Virus record (IMG/VR): IMGVR_UViG_3300025428_000005
Span: 1 to 60,468 of that record
Strand: one strand, 5' to 3'
Source: a virus
Lineage: Duplodnaviria > Caudoviricetes
Length of the DNA stretch: 60,468 nt
Shown here: one piece after another, positions 9,318 to 20,330 of the stretch
Layout of the letters: the number at the start of each line of letters is the position of its first letter
Numbering within the stretch: position 1 is the first letter of the stretch
Position numbers and translations under genes: made by a program
Notes under the pieces: generated by a model
What the model was told of the DNA's origin: nothing
The model's input: the letters and a program-made list of their open reading frames with translations, nothing else
Databases searched by the model: none

Positions 9318-12203
9318 CTATTTAGGTTGTGTTAAATCTAATTTTTTACCAGTATACCTATGTACCCAATCACCTGTTTGTTCATTATAGTCAAAATCTG
9401 GGTACATACCAGCTATAGTTTTAAGCATTAGATTTTGGTTAGCATTTTGAGTATAATTTCTAGCTTGACCCATAGTATTTTGTCCTATAGCGTTAAGCTT
9501 ATCATAATACTGTGTAAGAGCTTGACCTTTATTACCAGCTTCTTGCTGCATACTTTGTATATCTAATCCTTTATTGTATTGTGCAAATTGATTTTTAATA
9601 TTTGATATATTATTTGCTGAATTTTCATCAATACTAGCTAAAGCTTTATTTGTATTACCTTGAACACCTTGCACACCACTCATATAAGCTCCAGCATTAC
9701 CATTAGAGTTATGCTTTAAATAATATGAAGTTGCAGCACCTTGATCTCTTACATCTTGTCTAGCTCTATTATATTCAGGTAATACAGGATTAACTTGACC
9801 GTAGTTTACTCTATCATAGTTCTTACCTTGATCATTCAAGTAAGCTAAATTACCTACATTACTTCCTAAAAAGGTTGCGGCTTGACCTAAACCTTGAGAG
9901 GCATACTTACCCCATATATTAGGTTGCTGTGTAGGAGGTGTATTAGTATTAGGACTTGCAGAATTTTGAGACATTACACCTTTGTAGAAGTTTTGATTTG
10001 CTATATCATCAGGTGTTGGTTGATTATAACCTGTATCTCCGTAATGTCCTTGTAATATTGTAGGGTTTTGTATTGCATTAGCATAAGCAAATCTATCATC
10101 ATCTGTCTGATCTACCATAGTGTTTTGCCCACCATCCCAGAACATAGGCAATTGACCACCTTTCTTATACTTACCTAAGTAAGGATTAACACTTCCTATA
10201 CTACCTTCTTTGAAGTATGTACCGCCTAGTTTAAATTGGTCTTTAGCATTCTTTTGAGCTTTCATAGCTTCTTGTGTTTCAAATAACTGGTCTAAAGCTT
10301 GTTCATTATTTTTACGCATTAAACTAGCTGTTTTCTTTTGTAGATCATCTGATTCTTTAGAGTCTAATATCTTATCCCACTTATTATTTTTAAATTTCTC
10401 AGCTACTTTTGCAAATGTTTGTTTAGTATTTGGGTCTTTTAAATGATCACTAAATATCCTAGTACCTGAAGGTAAGTTTAAGTCTATACCTCCTTGTGCA
10501 TGTGAAGGTGCATTTACTTGATCTGTACCTCCATTAGGATATTGCATTACTTCATTCTTTTCTAATTGAGCGTTAGCTCCTGGTTGGTCTTGTGTAAGAC
10601 GTTGTGTACCTCCTAATTCAAACATCTGCCCACTAGTACTCATAACTGGAGTCTCTCCTCCAAACTTATAAGCACTCCACATCTTACCTCTATCTTTATA
10701 TTTTAATCCTGTAGAAGGATTAACTCCTACATTATATTTTGTTGTATCACTTGTAGTATAAATAGGTTCACCGTATGAATTATTTGCATCATCTGGTAAA
10801 GTATATTTTGTTTTAGGCTCTATACCATAACCTGTGTTAGGATTTATAGTGTTATTTGCTGAAGATTGGTGGTAACCACCGTTTGCGTATTGTGGTACTA
10901 CATAGTTAGGATTGTTGTATGGATGTCCTGAAGGATCTATACTATTGTTTACATTAGTACCTGTTTTATATCCATTTGCAGCAAACCAATCACCTTGTTT
11001 ACCTCCTTGTAGTTGAATACCTGTACCTGTCTTTTTAGCATAATCCATTGCTTCATACTCTGTCTTAAATGGCTTTAATTGACCATTCTCTCGTACTATG
11101 TAAGGAAATACATACCCTTCACCATTATCACCCATTAAATGAGTTGATCTTTCAGGTTGGCCTTTAACTTTAATAGATGGTGCATTTTTTTCATATAAAC
11201 GTTTAACCCAATCTAAATTCTGGTTAGCATTTAATACGCTATCTACATAAGCTTTTTTGTCTGTGTTAAAATAATTTGTAGGTACATCTCCCCCATCTGA
11301 ATAGATTATAGGAGTATTTAACTGCATATATCTATTATCTCCCCAAGTATTTAACATACCTCCATTAGAAAATGTACTCATAGCTCCTTTAGAAGTATCT
11401 AAACTCATAGGGCCTAAATGCTCACCACCTTCTTCGTAAATTAACCCACCATTCTCATGTTTCCATGATTTTGCATTCTTTGCGAATTGCGCCATCTTAC
11501 GTACATGAGAATCTTTAGAATGTAAAGCTTCTTCTGTAGTTTTACCTGTACGTTTTTTATAATCTGTAAATCTACCTTTATGTGAAGATTTTATATGTAT
11601 ACCACCATCTTTATATTTCTCAGTAGATTTATCATACAGCACACCATCAGGATAGTTAAGTTTACCTACTTTATTAGGTTGGTAATCATTATAACCTCCC
11701 CAATAAGCACCTTGAATACCTCCATCTTGAAAGTATAGTTTAGCGTTATTCTGTAGATCCTGATGTTCATTATAATGAGTCATACCTCCATTACGCATTG
11801 TAACAGGTGTATTAGGTTGCATACCAGACATTACACCTTGACCTACACCTTGTGTTGCAGATCCTATAGTACCCGGTGTAACTACACCAAATGCCATATC
11901 TCCTACTGCACCAGCAGCTTGACCATAACCATATATAGACTTCTGCTGATTAGTCATAGGTCCTGCAAACTTTTGTATTGCATTACCTACACCTGGTACA
12001 AATCCACTCGCTATACCTCCAACTGCACCTAATGTACCAGCTTCTATATCCCCCCATGTACCCCCATCTAAAAACATAGGCATGAATCCACCTCTCCTAA
12101 ACTGGGTAGGGTCATTTGCGTATGCTAAATCAGGGCTTAAAGGAGGGGTTTTACGGGCTGCCTGATTGCGTTTAGTAGGACGAGAGGTGGATTTTTTAGC
12201 CAT
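9318..12203 (-). CDS. Putative ejection/cargo protein with repeated [FYHM]xxGG motifs
   Basis: 961 aa; Gly-rich hydrophobic N-terminal segment, GGIHIK...AKNAKSWKH block, EKNEV...SHAQGGI...RIFSD block; directly downstream of the tail stabiliser. Confidence 0.65.
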   Translation of the reverse strand: MAKKSTSRPTKRNQAARKTPPLSPDLAYANDPTQFRRGGFMPMFLDGGTWGDIEAGTLGAVGGIASGFVPGVGNAIQKFAGPMTNQQKSIYGYGQAAGAVGDMAFGVVTPGTIGSATQGVGQGVMSGMQPNTPVTMRNGGMTHYNEHQDLQNNAKLYFQDGGIQGAYWGGYNDYQPNKVGKLNYPDGVLYDKSTEKYKDGGIHIKSSHKGRFTDYKKRTGKTTEEALHSKDSHVRKMAQFAKNAKSWKHENGGLIYEEGGEHLGPMSLDTSKGAMSTFSNGGMLNTWGDNRYMQLNTPIIYSDGGDVPTNYFNTDKKAYVDSVLNANQNLDWVKRLYEKNAPSIKVKGQPERSTHLMGDNGEGYVFPYIVRENGQLKPFKTEYEAMDYAKKTGTGIQLQGGKQGDWFAANGYKTGTNVNNSIDPSGHPYNNPNYVVPQYANGGYHQSSANNTINPNTGYGIEPKTKYTLPDDANNSYGEPIYTTSDTTKYNVGVNPSTGLKYKDRGKMWSAYKFGGETPVMSTSGQMFELGGTQRLTQDQPGANAQLEKNEVMQYPNGGTDQVNAPSHAQGGIDLNLPSGTRIFSDHLKDPNTKQTFAKVAEKFKNNKWDKILDSKESDDLQKKTASLMRKNNEQALDQLFETQEAMKAQKNAKDQFKLGGTYFKEGSIGSVNPYLGKYKKGGQLPMFWDGGQNTMVDQTDDDRFAYANAIQNPTILQGHYGDTGYNQPTPDDIANQNFYKGVMSQNSASPNTNTPPTQQPNIWGKYASQGLGQAATFLGSNVGNLAYLNDQGKNYDRVNYGQVNPVLPEYNRARQDVRDQGAATSYYLKHNSNGNAGAYMSGVQGVQGNTNKALASIDENSANNISNIKNQFAQYNKGLDIQSMQQEAGNKGQALTQYYDKLNAIGQNTMGQARNYTQNANQNLMLKTIAGMYPDFDYNEQTGDWVHRYTGKKLDLTQPK

Positions 12204-12215
12204 AATAATATTTCA

Positions 12216-12247
12216 CAAATATAATAAATAATCTTCGTTATTCCAAA
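12216..12247 (-). promoter_or_regulatory. Bacteroidota primary-sigma promoter for the cargo genes
   Basis: Minus strand TTTG-N20-TATATTTG, matching the -33 TTTG / -7 TAnnTTTG consensus. Confidence 0.75.
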
Positions 12248-12297
12248 TAATCTTTTATGAAAGTAATAACTTTATATGTTATATTACTTGCAAATTC

Positions 12298-15200
12298 TTA
12301 ATACGGCGCAGGAGTGTATCCTGTATATACATCATGTAGTACAAACTTCTTATTTGAGTTGTTTTGGAACCACAGTTCTACATACATATATTTATCCCTT
12401 AACCTAGCCTGTAAAGCCGGACTAACGCCTTCAGGTTGAGTAGTTACATCTCTACCTACCTCTAAATACCAACTTCTAAACTTACGTCTTAAATTAGTGC
12501 CTACAACTAATGGTGTAGGAGCTCCAGTATTCTGATAATCAGTAGAATACCTTACAGCAGTAACTGATTCTTGTAAGAAGTTAGGTGCGTAAGAAGTATC
12601 TACACCTGTTATACTTACTTCAGTTTGTAGTATTAAATTGTTAAATGTTTTAGTAGTTTCTGCTGACTCGCCTACTAAGAACTTAATATACGCTGCAGTA
12701 TAAGTACTTTGGTTGTAGAACTGCCCATAGTTACCATAATCATGTACGTAGAAGTTACTTGGATTACTAGGATCTGATGACAAAGCAATATACTTATCTG
12801 TCACGTAGAGGCTAGGAGTTGCACTATAAAAAGTAGTGTATCCATCAACATGATCACTATATGCAAGTGTTTTTTTAATCCCATTAGTACCATCCAGGTA
12901 TGTGTGTATAGCTTCATTGTACTTGTAGTCATAGTAGCAGGAAATCCCAGTTCCATTTAAAGGGTTATCTGTTTTAAGTATATCGTATTTTATGTTTTTA
13001 TCAAAAAATGAGTGCATTCCTTTAGTATCTGATAGAGGTACTACACCTTCACCAGTATATCTTATTTGCTTATTAGATAGTACATCATACCAATAGAACC
13101 CTTTATCTGTAGTTAATATACTCCATTGATGTTTAGATCCATGTTTAGTTGAGATATACTCATGCTTATCTAACGTACTACCTGTACCTAATACAAGCTC
13201 TGTATTTGAACCATCAGGTTGTAATACTTTACGGTTAACAGGTTGGTAACCAAATGCGCTATCTTGCCAGAAGAATAGTCTATTAGAAGATACAGATAGG
13301 TTGTTTATCGGTCCATAGATACTATCTACATCATGATATGCATTAGGTTTAAATATACTCCAACTATCTGTTAATTCACCATTTATCTTAACTTCTGAAT
13401 TAGCTATACGAGAATCAAATGTATCCACTTCTACAAAAGGTATAGGTGTAGGTATGTAAGAAACTAAGTCATTCTCGTTTAAGAAGCTTGTATTGTAGTT
13501 AAAGTTTTCTGTGTAGTTTAAGTATCCAGAAAAAAAGTCTTTATTTGGGGTAGTTATTTGATAATTACCACTACCATCTACCCAGAAAAACTGATTGTTT
13601 ACGCCTGTTACATTAAGACTTGAATTAAAAGAACCATTCTTTTGACGTAAATTTGTGTTTATACAAGTTTCTGTTACGTAAAAATAAGATATAGAAAAAC
13701 TACTTCCACCTGGATTACTTAAACTTTGCACGTATGGTTGTGTATCTGTACCGCCTCTTAATGCTTTACGCTTAGTATTTTCATCTACTAAATTAACATA
13801 TGTATCACCACTAAATATCGTATTATTATATACACCTACTGAAGTAACAGGTTGGTACTGGTTACAAGATATGTAGGTATTATTAGATTTAGCTTGATTT
13901 GTATTACCACCATATTGATTAGTGACTTGTCTATTATAGGATATTAAAGGTCTAGCTGATAATTCGTTTACACCTAAAAGTGTAAAGTAATTAGTACTTA
14001 CTACAAAGTTATCGTATGAGTAGAATCTATTGTTTAAAGAATCTACGTAAGAAACTTTATCTTTACCTACAGAATTGTTGGCTAATCGTAAACCTTGTAC
14101 AGGACCACCTTGTATAGCGTATCTTTGGCTGTATGAACCTAACCCATTTGTATTATAAGCTGTTTGTAGGTTAGGTATAGGATTAATTCCTGAAGAGTTT
14201 AAATCCCAACCACCTGTATTTGGATTATCAAAAAAAGAACTTATTTTACTTGTGTTATTTACAGTTATACAAGTATTTAAATGTGACGCTGTGCCAGCTC
14301 CATTAGCAAATACTGTATTATAGTATTTAGCTATATATCCATAAGGTTTTATATTCTGGCCGCCTCCTGTAGCACCATATGTAGGCTGTCCAAAGAAAGC
14401 GCCGGTATTATAACCTCTTATGTCTCCACCTTTTGGTAAATCTGAACTTACATAATTTACATCTTGTAAGCAATCTATTACTTTAATATAATCATTTTGA
14501 GCCCAATTAATACCGTCAAATACTCCATAAGTAGTTTCAGGTGAAATTAAAGAAGCTACAGCCATATGCGTAGCTTTAGGTATACTATAATTAATACTTT
14601 TAAAGCTTTGTAGGTAAGGTCTAGCTACAGAATTACCTGATACACTCATATCATCAATAAACGTCTCTGCAGGTTCTAAAAGGCCTACAGCTAGTACAGT
14701 TTTATCTTGTTGAGATCTTTTAACGCGTACTATAGAATATCCTGATACGTAAGGTAACAGTTTAGAGGTTACGTTTATTTTAAAGTTTATGTTTAAAGAG
14801 TTTAATGAGTATGTAGTTGCATTTGGATCATATTGCGATAAAGGGAAGGCACAAGTTAAATTACTTGTATTACCTACAGGCATGTAAATACTAGGCATCT
14901 TTATATCACCAATCCATTGTACGAAGTAAGCATATCCTGATTTGTCAAAGAATTGTATACCAAATCTATATGTCTCATCTCTTTGGAAACCTCTTAAAGT
15001 GGTTGATAGATAAGGTGACCCAGAATCTATTACATGCACATTAGAGTCTGAAGCTACGTAAGTTCTACCATCGTAAGTTAATTGAGTACCTGTTACAGTT
15101 TTAGACTTAAAAGTATCTGATGTAGTACCTAATGAGAAACCTTCCCAATTAGTAGCTGAAGCACCTCTCTGTACGTATGGAGGTCCTGTTAAGCCTTTAG

Positions 15201-16836
15201 CTCCGGGGAAGTCAAAAGGTATTTTAGTCATGCTAAATGTATACGCTACATCGCATGTAGTAAATGTAGGATCACCTCCACCTAAGGTTACACCATCTGA
15301 TTGATATAAGTAACTACCAGCATTAGCTGTTTGGTTAGGGTTTATATTATCTACATTTGAATATGTTTGCTTATTATAGTTATAACGTAAAGCTATAGGC
15401 CTAAAAACACTATTTATAACTGTTCTATTAGAAGCTTTTACATTACCTAATAATAACATATTATCTTTAGATACAAGTGTTTTAGCTTGTCTTATAGTGG
15501 CTGTAGGAGTAACTATTTCTGTTAAAGTAATAGGAACTTCTTTATTAGTTGAAGAAGTTCCGCTATGACTAAATGTATAAGTACCTGATGTTTTATTAAT
15601 AGGTATATCAGTTAGAAACATTGCAGTATTATCTGCCGTAGCTTCTAACGATTGTTTTCTCGCGTAGGCTATATTTATTGTATCGTAAGATGTGTCTATA
15701 TTTGAAATATAACCATTTATTGTTTTAGTAGTTATAGTAGTTACTAAAGTACCAGTTTGTGTAGGGTAGTTAACGTCTATAGTTGTATCTGCAACGATCT
15801 CAATACCTGGACTAAAAGGTGCCCAAGGTGTAGATGTACCTTCTAACTTGTTAAGTTGATATGTATAGTAATATATACCACACGGTAATTGTCCACCAGA
15901 TGTTATACCTGTAATTACAGGAATATCTAATGTAGTTTTAGATACTATAGAGAATAGACTAGGATCTATAAAAAACCCATTAGGATCTGCTATATTAAAG
16001 GATCTTATGTCGTAGTAAAAGTCACACCAATATATCTTTTGTATTGTAGGCTCTTCATAATTAGCTACTATAGCATTAGGTGCTACAGGAGATGCTGTAC
16101 TAAAGTCTAATAAGTTGTTGTACTTAAGAGTTAAAGTAAATATACCATTTGGTGTACCTGGTACATTTGTAGGTTGATTTATATTTTGTAGTAATGCTTT
16201 ATCGTAAGTTACAGTCCAGATTTGTGAAGGGTTTACACCTGTGTGAATATTAACTAAACTGCTTGTAGTAAGTAATATAATAGTATCACGTAATACAGTA
16301 TACCCTATAGGCACTAAATTAGTTTGTGCTGCTATTATTTTATTTGTAGAACCTAACGTAATACCTGCTGGGCCTACAGTAGAAGATAGGAATAAAGTAG
16401 TTATATCAATAAGTGTACTAGAGTATAAAGTAACAGATACTTGATTGCTATAAGCTACAATACCTAATGAGGTATAATTAGTATTTAGATATACAGCTAA
16501 ACTATCATAGATATTACCTATAACAGGAACTATCCAAGGTGTAGAAGCTTTAAAAGTATTTATAGCTACAGCTATACTAGAGTATCCAGTTGTAGGAAAA
16601 TTAGTTATTTGCCAAACACTACCTGTATTAGGTATAGTGAATGCATAGCTATTACCTCTAATATTAGCTACTGTACCTGTTGAAGTACCACTGTCTGTAA
16701 CTAATCTAATATCTAAAGCATCGTCATAATACTCACCGTAAGATGTTACAGATTTTGCTGTAGATTGATATGCTTGTAACTTAGTTTTAGCTAAATCTTT
16801 ATTTAAGCATCTAAATATGTTTCTTGATTGTGGCAT
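12298..16836 (-). CDS. Tail stabilisation/muzzle protein (crAss Tstab-like)
   Basis: 1512 aa, beta-rich; GFQRDETYRFGIQFFD, YGPIN and RLRDKY blocks; follows the tail tubular gene. Confidence 0.8.
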   Translation of the reverse strand: MPQSRNIFRCLNKDLAKTKLQAYQSTAKSVTSYGEYYDDALDIRLVTDSGTSTGTVANIRGNSYAFTIPNTGSVWQITNFPTTGYSSIAVAINTFKASTPWIVPVIGNIYDSLAVYLNTNYTSLGIVAYSNQVSVTLYSSTLIDITTLFLSSTVGPAGITLGSTNKIIAAQTNLVPIGYTVLRDTIILLTTSSLVNIHTGVNPSQIWTVTYDKALLQNINQPTNVPGTPNGIFTLTLKYNNLLDFSTASPVAPNAIVANYEEPTIQKIYWCDFYYDIRSFNIADPNGFFIDPSLFSIVSKTTLDIPVITGITSGGQLPCGIYYYTYQLNKLEGTSTPWAPFSPGIEIVADTTIDVNYPTQTGTLVTTITTKTINGYISNIDTSYDTINIAYARKQSLEATADNTAMFLTDIPINKTSGTYTFSHSGTSSTNKEVPITLTEIVTPTATIRQAKTLVSKDNMLLLGNVKASNRTVINSVFRPIALRYNYNKQTYSNVDNINPNQTANAGSYLYQSDGVTLGGGDPTFTTCDVAYTFSMTKIPFDFPGAKGLTGPPYVQRGASATNWEGFSLGTTSDTFKSKTVTGTQLTYDGRTYVASDSNVHVIDSGSPYLSTTLRGFQRDETYRFGIQFFDKSGYAYFVQWIGDIKMPSIYMPVGNTSNLTCAFPLSQYDPNATTYSLNSLNINFKINVTSKLLPYVSGYSIVRVKRSQQDKTVLAVGLLEPAETFIDDMSVSGNSVARPYLQSFKSINYSIPKATHMAVASLISPETTYGVFDGINWAQNDYIKVIDCLQDVNYVSSDLPKGGDIRGYNTGAFFGQPTYGATGGGQNIKPYGYIAKYYNTVFANGAGTASHLNTCITVNNTSKISSFFDNPNTGGWDLNSSGINPIPNLQTAYNTNGLGSYSQRYAIQGGPVQGLRLANNSVGKDKVSYVDSLNNRFYSYDNFVVSTNYFTLLGVNELSARPLISYNRQVTNQYGGNTNQAKSNNTYISCNQYQPVTSVGVYNNTIFSGDTYVNLVDENTKRKALRGGTDTQPYVQSLSNPGGSSFSISYFYVTETCINTNLRQKNGSFNSSLNVTGVNNQFFWVDGSGNYQITTPNKDFFSGYLNYTENFNYNTSFLNENDLVSYIPTPIPFVEVDTFDSRIANSEVKINGELTDSWSIFKPNAYHDVDSIYGPINNLSVSSNRLFFWQDSAFGYQPVNRKVLQPDGSNTELVLGTGSTLDKHEYISTKHGSKHQWSILTTDKGFYWYDVLSNKQIRYTGEGVVPLSDTKGMHSFFDKNIKYDILKTDNPLNGTGISCYYDYKYNEAIHTYLDGTNGIKKTLAYSDHVDGYTTFYSATPSLYVTDKYIALSSDPSNPSNFYVHDYGNYGQFYNQSTYTAAYIKFLVGESAETTKTFNNLILQTEVSITGVDTSYAPNFLQESVTAVRYSTDYQNTGAPTPLVVGTNLRRKFRSWYLEVGRDVTTQPEGVSPALQARLRDKYMYVELWFQNNSNKKFVLHDVYTGYTPAPY

Positions 16837-16862
16837 GTAAATGCTTGATTATCAATTAATTT

Positions 16863-17786
16863 CTAGTATTTCCTACCAAACAACAATCGTTCTTTAGAAC
16901 CTAAAGTAGCGTAGAAATTATCGTGTAAATTAATCTTAGGTATAAGTCTTAGGATATTTTGAGCTATACTTTGCATTTGGTCATACGTAGGTATTCTACC
17001 TTTAGTAGTAGCTGCACCACAATACCAAGCCCACTCTCTTTCTGAATGTTCATAAACATCTTTAGGTACTAGATTTCTCCTCCAGGCAATGTAATCTAAC
17101 TTCATTGTAATATAGCATTTAACAGCCATCTTAAACTTAGTATCATCTGGAATCATAGGAAAGCCTTTTTCATCAATTGGAAAAGCTTTATAGGCCATTA
17201 TAACACCATAACCATCTCTAAATGAAGTAAAGATATAGTTATCGTTTATCCTGTATGTAGCGTCTGTTAAAGAGCTTGTAACACTAGCTGTACCTGCAAG
17301 ATACTTAGACAAAGTAACATTCTCATCATTCATAAAGTTGAATGTTGGATTACCATTCGCATCTTGACCTATAGGTGTATTTGTATCATAGTATTGTGAA
17401 TCTACAGCAAATGTAGAATTACCGTAAGGTGAATTATCTATATCTGTTGCAGGTGTTAAAGGTGCTATAGTTTGATGTGGTCCTAACTTACATTCAAATA
17501 CTGGATGTAATGAATCATTGGTATGCCTCATAGGAAATAGTAATCCTCCTTTAGTGTACCCTGCTACTTGTGTAACATAACGTAGATCACAAGGTAAATC
17601 ACCTCTGTAATCATTAACACATATTATAGCTACTTCATCTCTGTATGTTTGAGGTATACCGATTAACTCTATACTTTCAAAACACCATTCTACGGCATCT
17701 TGCCAGTTAAGATCTGTTGTACCTGTATCCCTGAAAACATTACGAATCACCTCGAAGCAAGATACATATTTACCATTTAAGGCCAT
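16863..17786 (-). CDS. Tail tubular/ring protein (crAss Ttub-like)
   Basis: 307 aa; LPCDL, YKAFPIDEKGFPMIPDD and WAWYCGAA blocks; conserved position before Tstab. Confidence 0.7.
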   Translation of the reverse strand: MALNGKYVSCFEVIRNVFRDTGTTDLNWQDAVEWCFESIELIGIPQTYRDEVAIICVNDYRGDLPCDLRYVTQVAGYTKGGLLFPMRHTNDSLHPVFECKLGPHQTIAPLTPATDIDNSPYGNSTFAVDSQYYDTNTPIGQDANGNPTFNFMNDENVTLSKYLAGTASVTSSLTDATYRINDNYIFTSFRDGYGVIMAYKAFPIDEKGFPMIPDDTKFKMAVKCYITMKLDYIAWRRNLVPKDVYEHSEREWAWYCGAATTKGRIPTYDQMQSIAQNILRLIPKINLHDNFYATLGSKERLLFGRKY

Positions 17787-17796
17787 ATACTAAGTA

Positions 17797-18078
17797 TTAA
17801 ACGTTTAAATTACCTTCAAATCCTGCTAAGCTATCCAATAAACCATTCATTCCTTTAGCTAATTTCTTAGTTTTTTCTTCCTCTGCTTCTTCCTCTTCTT
17901 CCTCTAACGGATTAGTTTTAGAGAATACCTTTGAAGTATTTGATTCGTATTTATCGCCTGAATAGTCTGTAACACAAGTAGTTACTAAGTAACCATTGTC
18001 TATTCTTTCTACTGTAATATCTGTAGTCTTCTTACCTTCTGTACGAGTAATAGATGTTCTTTCTTTTTTATCTTCCAT
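17797..18078 (-). CDS. Hypothetical acidic protein
   Basis: 93 aa ORF in operon context with a poly-Glu tract. Confidence 0.6.
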   Translation of the reverse strand: MEDKKERTSITRTEGKKTTDITVERIDNGYLVTTCVTDYSGDKYESNTSKVFSKTNPLEEEEEEAEEEKTKKLAKGMNGLLDSLAGFEGNLNV

Positions 18079-18081
18079 GAG

Positions 18082-18666
18082 TTATGCGTTGTAATATGTT
18101 TTACCTTCTTTAATTTTAGCTACTACTAATTTCTTTAAACCTCTACAAGGTACAAATTGATAAGACCTTGCATGCACTATCATAGTTCTACGTTTATGCC
18201 ACTTAATAAACCAGGTATTCTCTGATGTATTATATATTAATTTCTTCTGTTCTCTTAGGTTAGGATTAGCTTTCCACAACTCTAATGTCTTCTTATAATC
18301 TACAAATGCTTTCTTAGACTTATCTATCTTACCTTCAGGTGTTATTGAGGCTTTTTGTTTAAATGCTACAGGACTAATAGATCCTAATCTGTAAGGTAAT
18401 TTAAGTTCTAATCCATCTGCAATTAATTCTGCTAATCCTTGATTAAGTTTTCTTGCTACTTTTTTATATTTTGCTCTATCTAAATTATATCCACAATAGG
18501 TATAACCTGTACCATCTAATTTCTTTACTTTAGTAAGTTTAGATCTATAGTACTTGTAACAACCATGTACATCGTACTGTGTACTAAATCTATTCTTACT
18601 ACCTTTTCTACTATTTATTTGTTGTTGTTGGGTGGTAATCTGTTCTTCCATCATTTGATGTATCAA
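18082..18666 (-). CDS. IHF/HU-like basic protein of crAss-like phages (start may be 18651/18654)
   Basis: ELKLPYRLGSI...VDYKKTLELW...FIKWHK...YQFVPCRGLKK; position between ring and tube genes. Confidence 0.65.
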   Translation of the reverse strand: MIHQMMEEQITTQQQQINSRKGSKNRFSTQYDVHGCYKYYRSKLTKVKKLDGTGYTYCGYNLDRAKYKKVARKLNQGLAELIADGLELKLPYRLGSISPVAFKQKASITPEGKIDKSKKAFVDYKKTLELWKANPNLREQKKLIYNTSENTWFIKWHKRRTMIVHARSYQFVPCRGLKKLVVAKIKEGKTYYNA

Positions 18667-19327
18667 TAGGTTCTTTATGTTCTGGGTCTATAAACATCTT
18701 AATAACTGTAGAAGTTATAGCACTAGCCATCCAATTCTTAATAGGGTAAGGTGTTGTATCATCATTAAAGCAACTTGTACCATCACATTGGTTAAAAGAT
18801 GCTGCAGCGCTAGGATCCTCTAATACACCTTGTATATTAATCTTATTAAGAGATTTGGATAATATATTATCATTAGCTATAGCTAAATACAAATAACCTT
18901 TAGAATTCATTAAATAAGCCTTTACTTCATTACGAGTAAATTGGTTATAGAATTCAAAGGGTATTCTTTCGTAAGGTATTAACTGGAAAGGTCTAGAAGT
19001 TTTATTGATAGGTCCTACTCTTGTAAGAGCAGGCTCGTGATAAAGCTCTATAAATCCTGGAATAGGTACGGCTGTACGTAAGAAAGTACAACCTATAGGT
19101 GTATCACAACATTCTGATACATCTGCTTGTACTAATGGGATACAACCTAAGTCTTGAATTATCTCATTATCTATAGAACGATTTTTATTCAACTCATTCT
19201 TAATGAATTGCGCTCTAAGATTCTTAATATGATATTTTATAATATCAAGTGTAATAGGTTCTGTAATTACTGCTTTAGGAGTTACAGTTTCTATTATTGA
19301 ATAGGCTAGTTGATTAAGAGTATTCAT
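18611..19327 (-). CDS. Tail ring/adaptor protein
   Basis: 238 aa; QDLGCIPL, INIQGVLEDP and YPIK motifs typical of crAss-like ring proteins. Confidence 0.6.
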   Translation of the reverse strand: MNTLNQLAYSIIETVTPKAVITEPITLDIIKYHIKNLRAQFIKNELNKNRSIDNEIIQDLGCIPLVQADVSECCDTPIGCTFLRTAVPIPGFIELYHEPALTRVGPINKTSRPFQLIPYERIPFEFYNQFTRNEVKAYLMNSKGYLYLAIANDNILSKSLNKINIQGVLEDPSAAASFNQCDGTSCFNDDTTPYPIKNWMASAITSTVIKMFIDPEHKEPIDTSNDGRTDYHPTTTNK

Positions 19328-19331
19328 TTTA

Positions 19332-19363
19332 CAAAATTAATGATTTTACATTATATTTCCTAG
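19332..19363 (-). promoter_or_regulatory. Bacteroidota-type promoter (weak -33)
   Basis: Minus strand TAATTTTG 4 nt upstream of the ATG at 19327; the -33 position reads CTAG. Confidence 0.5.
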
Positions 19364-19409
19364 TAATTAAGTAAAATAATAATAACTAGCCACATTATAA
19401 CACCAATTT

Positions 19410-19456
19410 GCCCTTAGTGTTCATCTGTAGTACAGACAGATCTACTAGCTAAGGGC
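19410..19456. other. Stem-loop downstream of the patatin gene
   Basis: GCCCTTAG/CTAAGGGC outer stem enclosing an ATCTGT/ACAGAT inner stem. Confidence 0.45.
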
Positions 19457-19465
19457 TCCTTGGGC

Positions 19466-20326
19466 TTAAGATAAGTACTTTATTGCTGCAGAATAACCTG
19501 ACAAATAAAGCGATTCTTTTTCTATAGAAGTTATTTTAAAATCTGTAGCAGATATACCTAACGAATCTACTAGGATAGTACGTTGTAAATCTTGCTTAGA
19601 TTTGGCTAATACACTATTTTGAGCATTCAAAGACATATTTACTAGAGCTATAAAGTACTTTTTAATGTTACCTTTACCTATTTTATCTAGAGGTTGTGGC
19701 TGCCCTAAGTCACCAAAGTGTACTCCTAAGGTCTCAGGATTTGGACCATCTTCATCAAATGCTCCTATAGGGTAATTTAAGGACACTCCTGCATCTACAT
19801 AAGTCTTACCTGTGTTAGGTATTACAAATGCTTGAAAGAAGCCTGGAATAGCCATAGAGGCTCTTATAGCGTAGATGATAGGCATACTAGGTGTAAGATG
19901 TGCATCAAATTGATCTACAGATTGTGTATCTAAACAAGATGCAAATACAGTTAGTTCTTTATAGCCTTTATCTTGTAAGTCTTTGAAGGTAGTTAACTCA
20001 TTACCTGTTTTATCTTTAACTAATTTCTTAAGCCAGTTTAAGAATGTACTACCAGGGTTTACGCCGTAATTTAGTATAATAGATGGTATATTCCACCAGC
20101 TACCATCTTCAAAGGTAGAGAAGTCTGTGTTACCTATTATTGTTTTAATCTCTAAAGGAGTATAACCTAGGCATATTAAACTACCTACAATAGATCCTGC
20201 GGAACTACCACCAACTCTTTTAACGTTAGATGATAGCCCCTTTGAATCTATGGCAGCCCATGCCCCAGCTTCTGCAATACCCCTTATACCACAGCCTACT
20301 AGTACTAAATTACGTATAACTACCAT
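19466..20326 (-). CDS. Patatin-like phospholipase
   Basis: Oxyanion loop GCGIRG, nucleophile GSSAG, RASMAIPGFF, catalytic YVDAG..NYP. Confidence 0.92.
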   Translation of the reverse strand: MVVIRNLVLVGCGIRGIAEAGAWAAIDSKGLSSNVKRVGGSSAGSIVGSLICLGYTPLEIKTIIGNTDFSTFEDGSWWNIPSIILNYGVNPGSTFLNWLKKLVKDKTGNELTTFKDLQDKGYKELTVFASCLDTQSVDQFDAHLTPSMPIIYAIRASMAIPGFFQAFVIPNTGKTYVDAGVSLNYPIGAFDEDGPNPETLGVHFGDLGQPQPLDKIGKGNIKKYFIALVNMSLNAQNSVLAKSKQDLQRTILVDSLGISATDFKITSIEKESLYLSGYSAAIKYLS

Positions 20327-20330
20327 ACAG

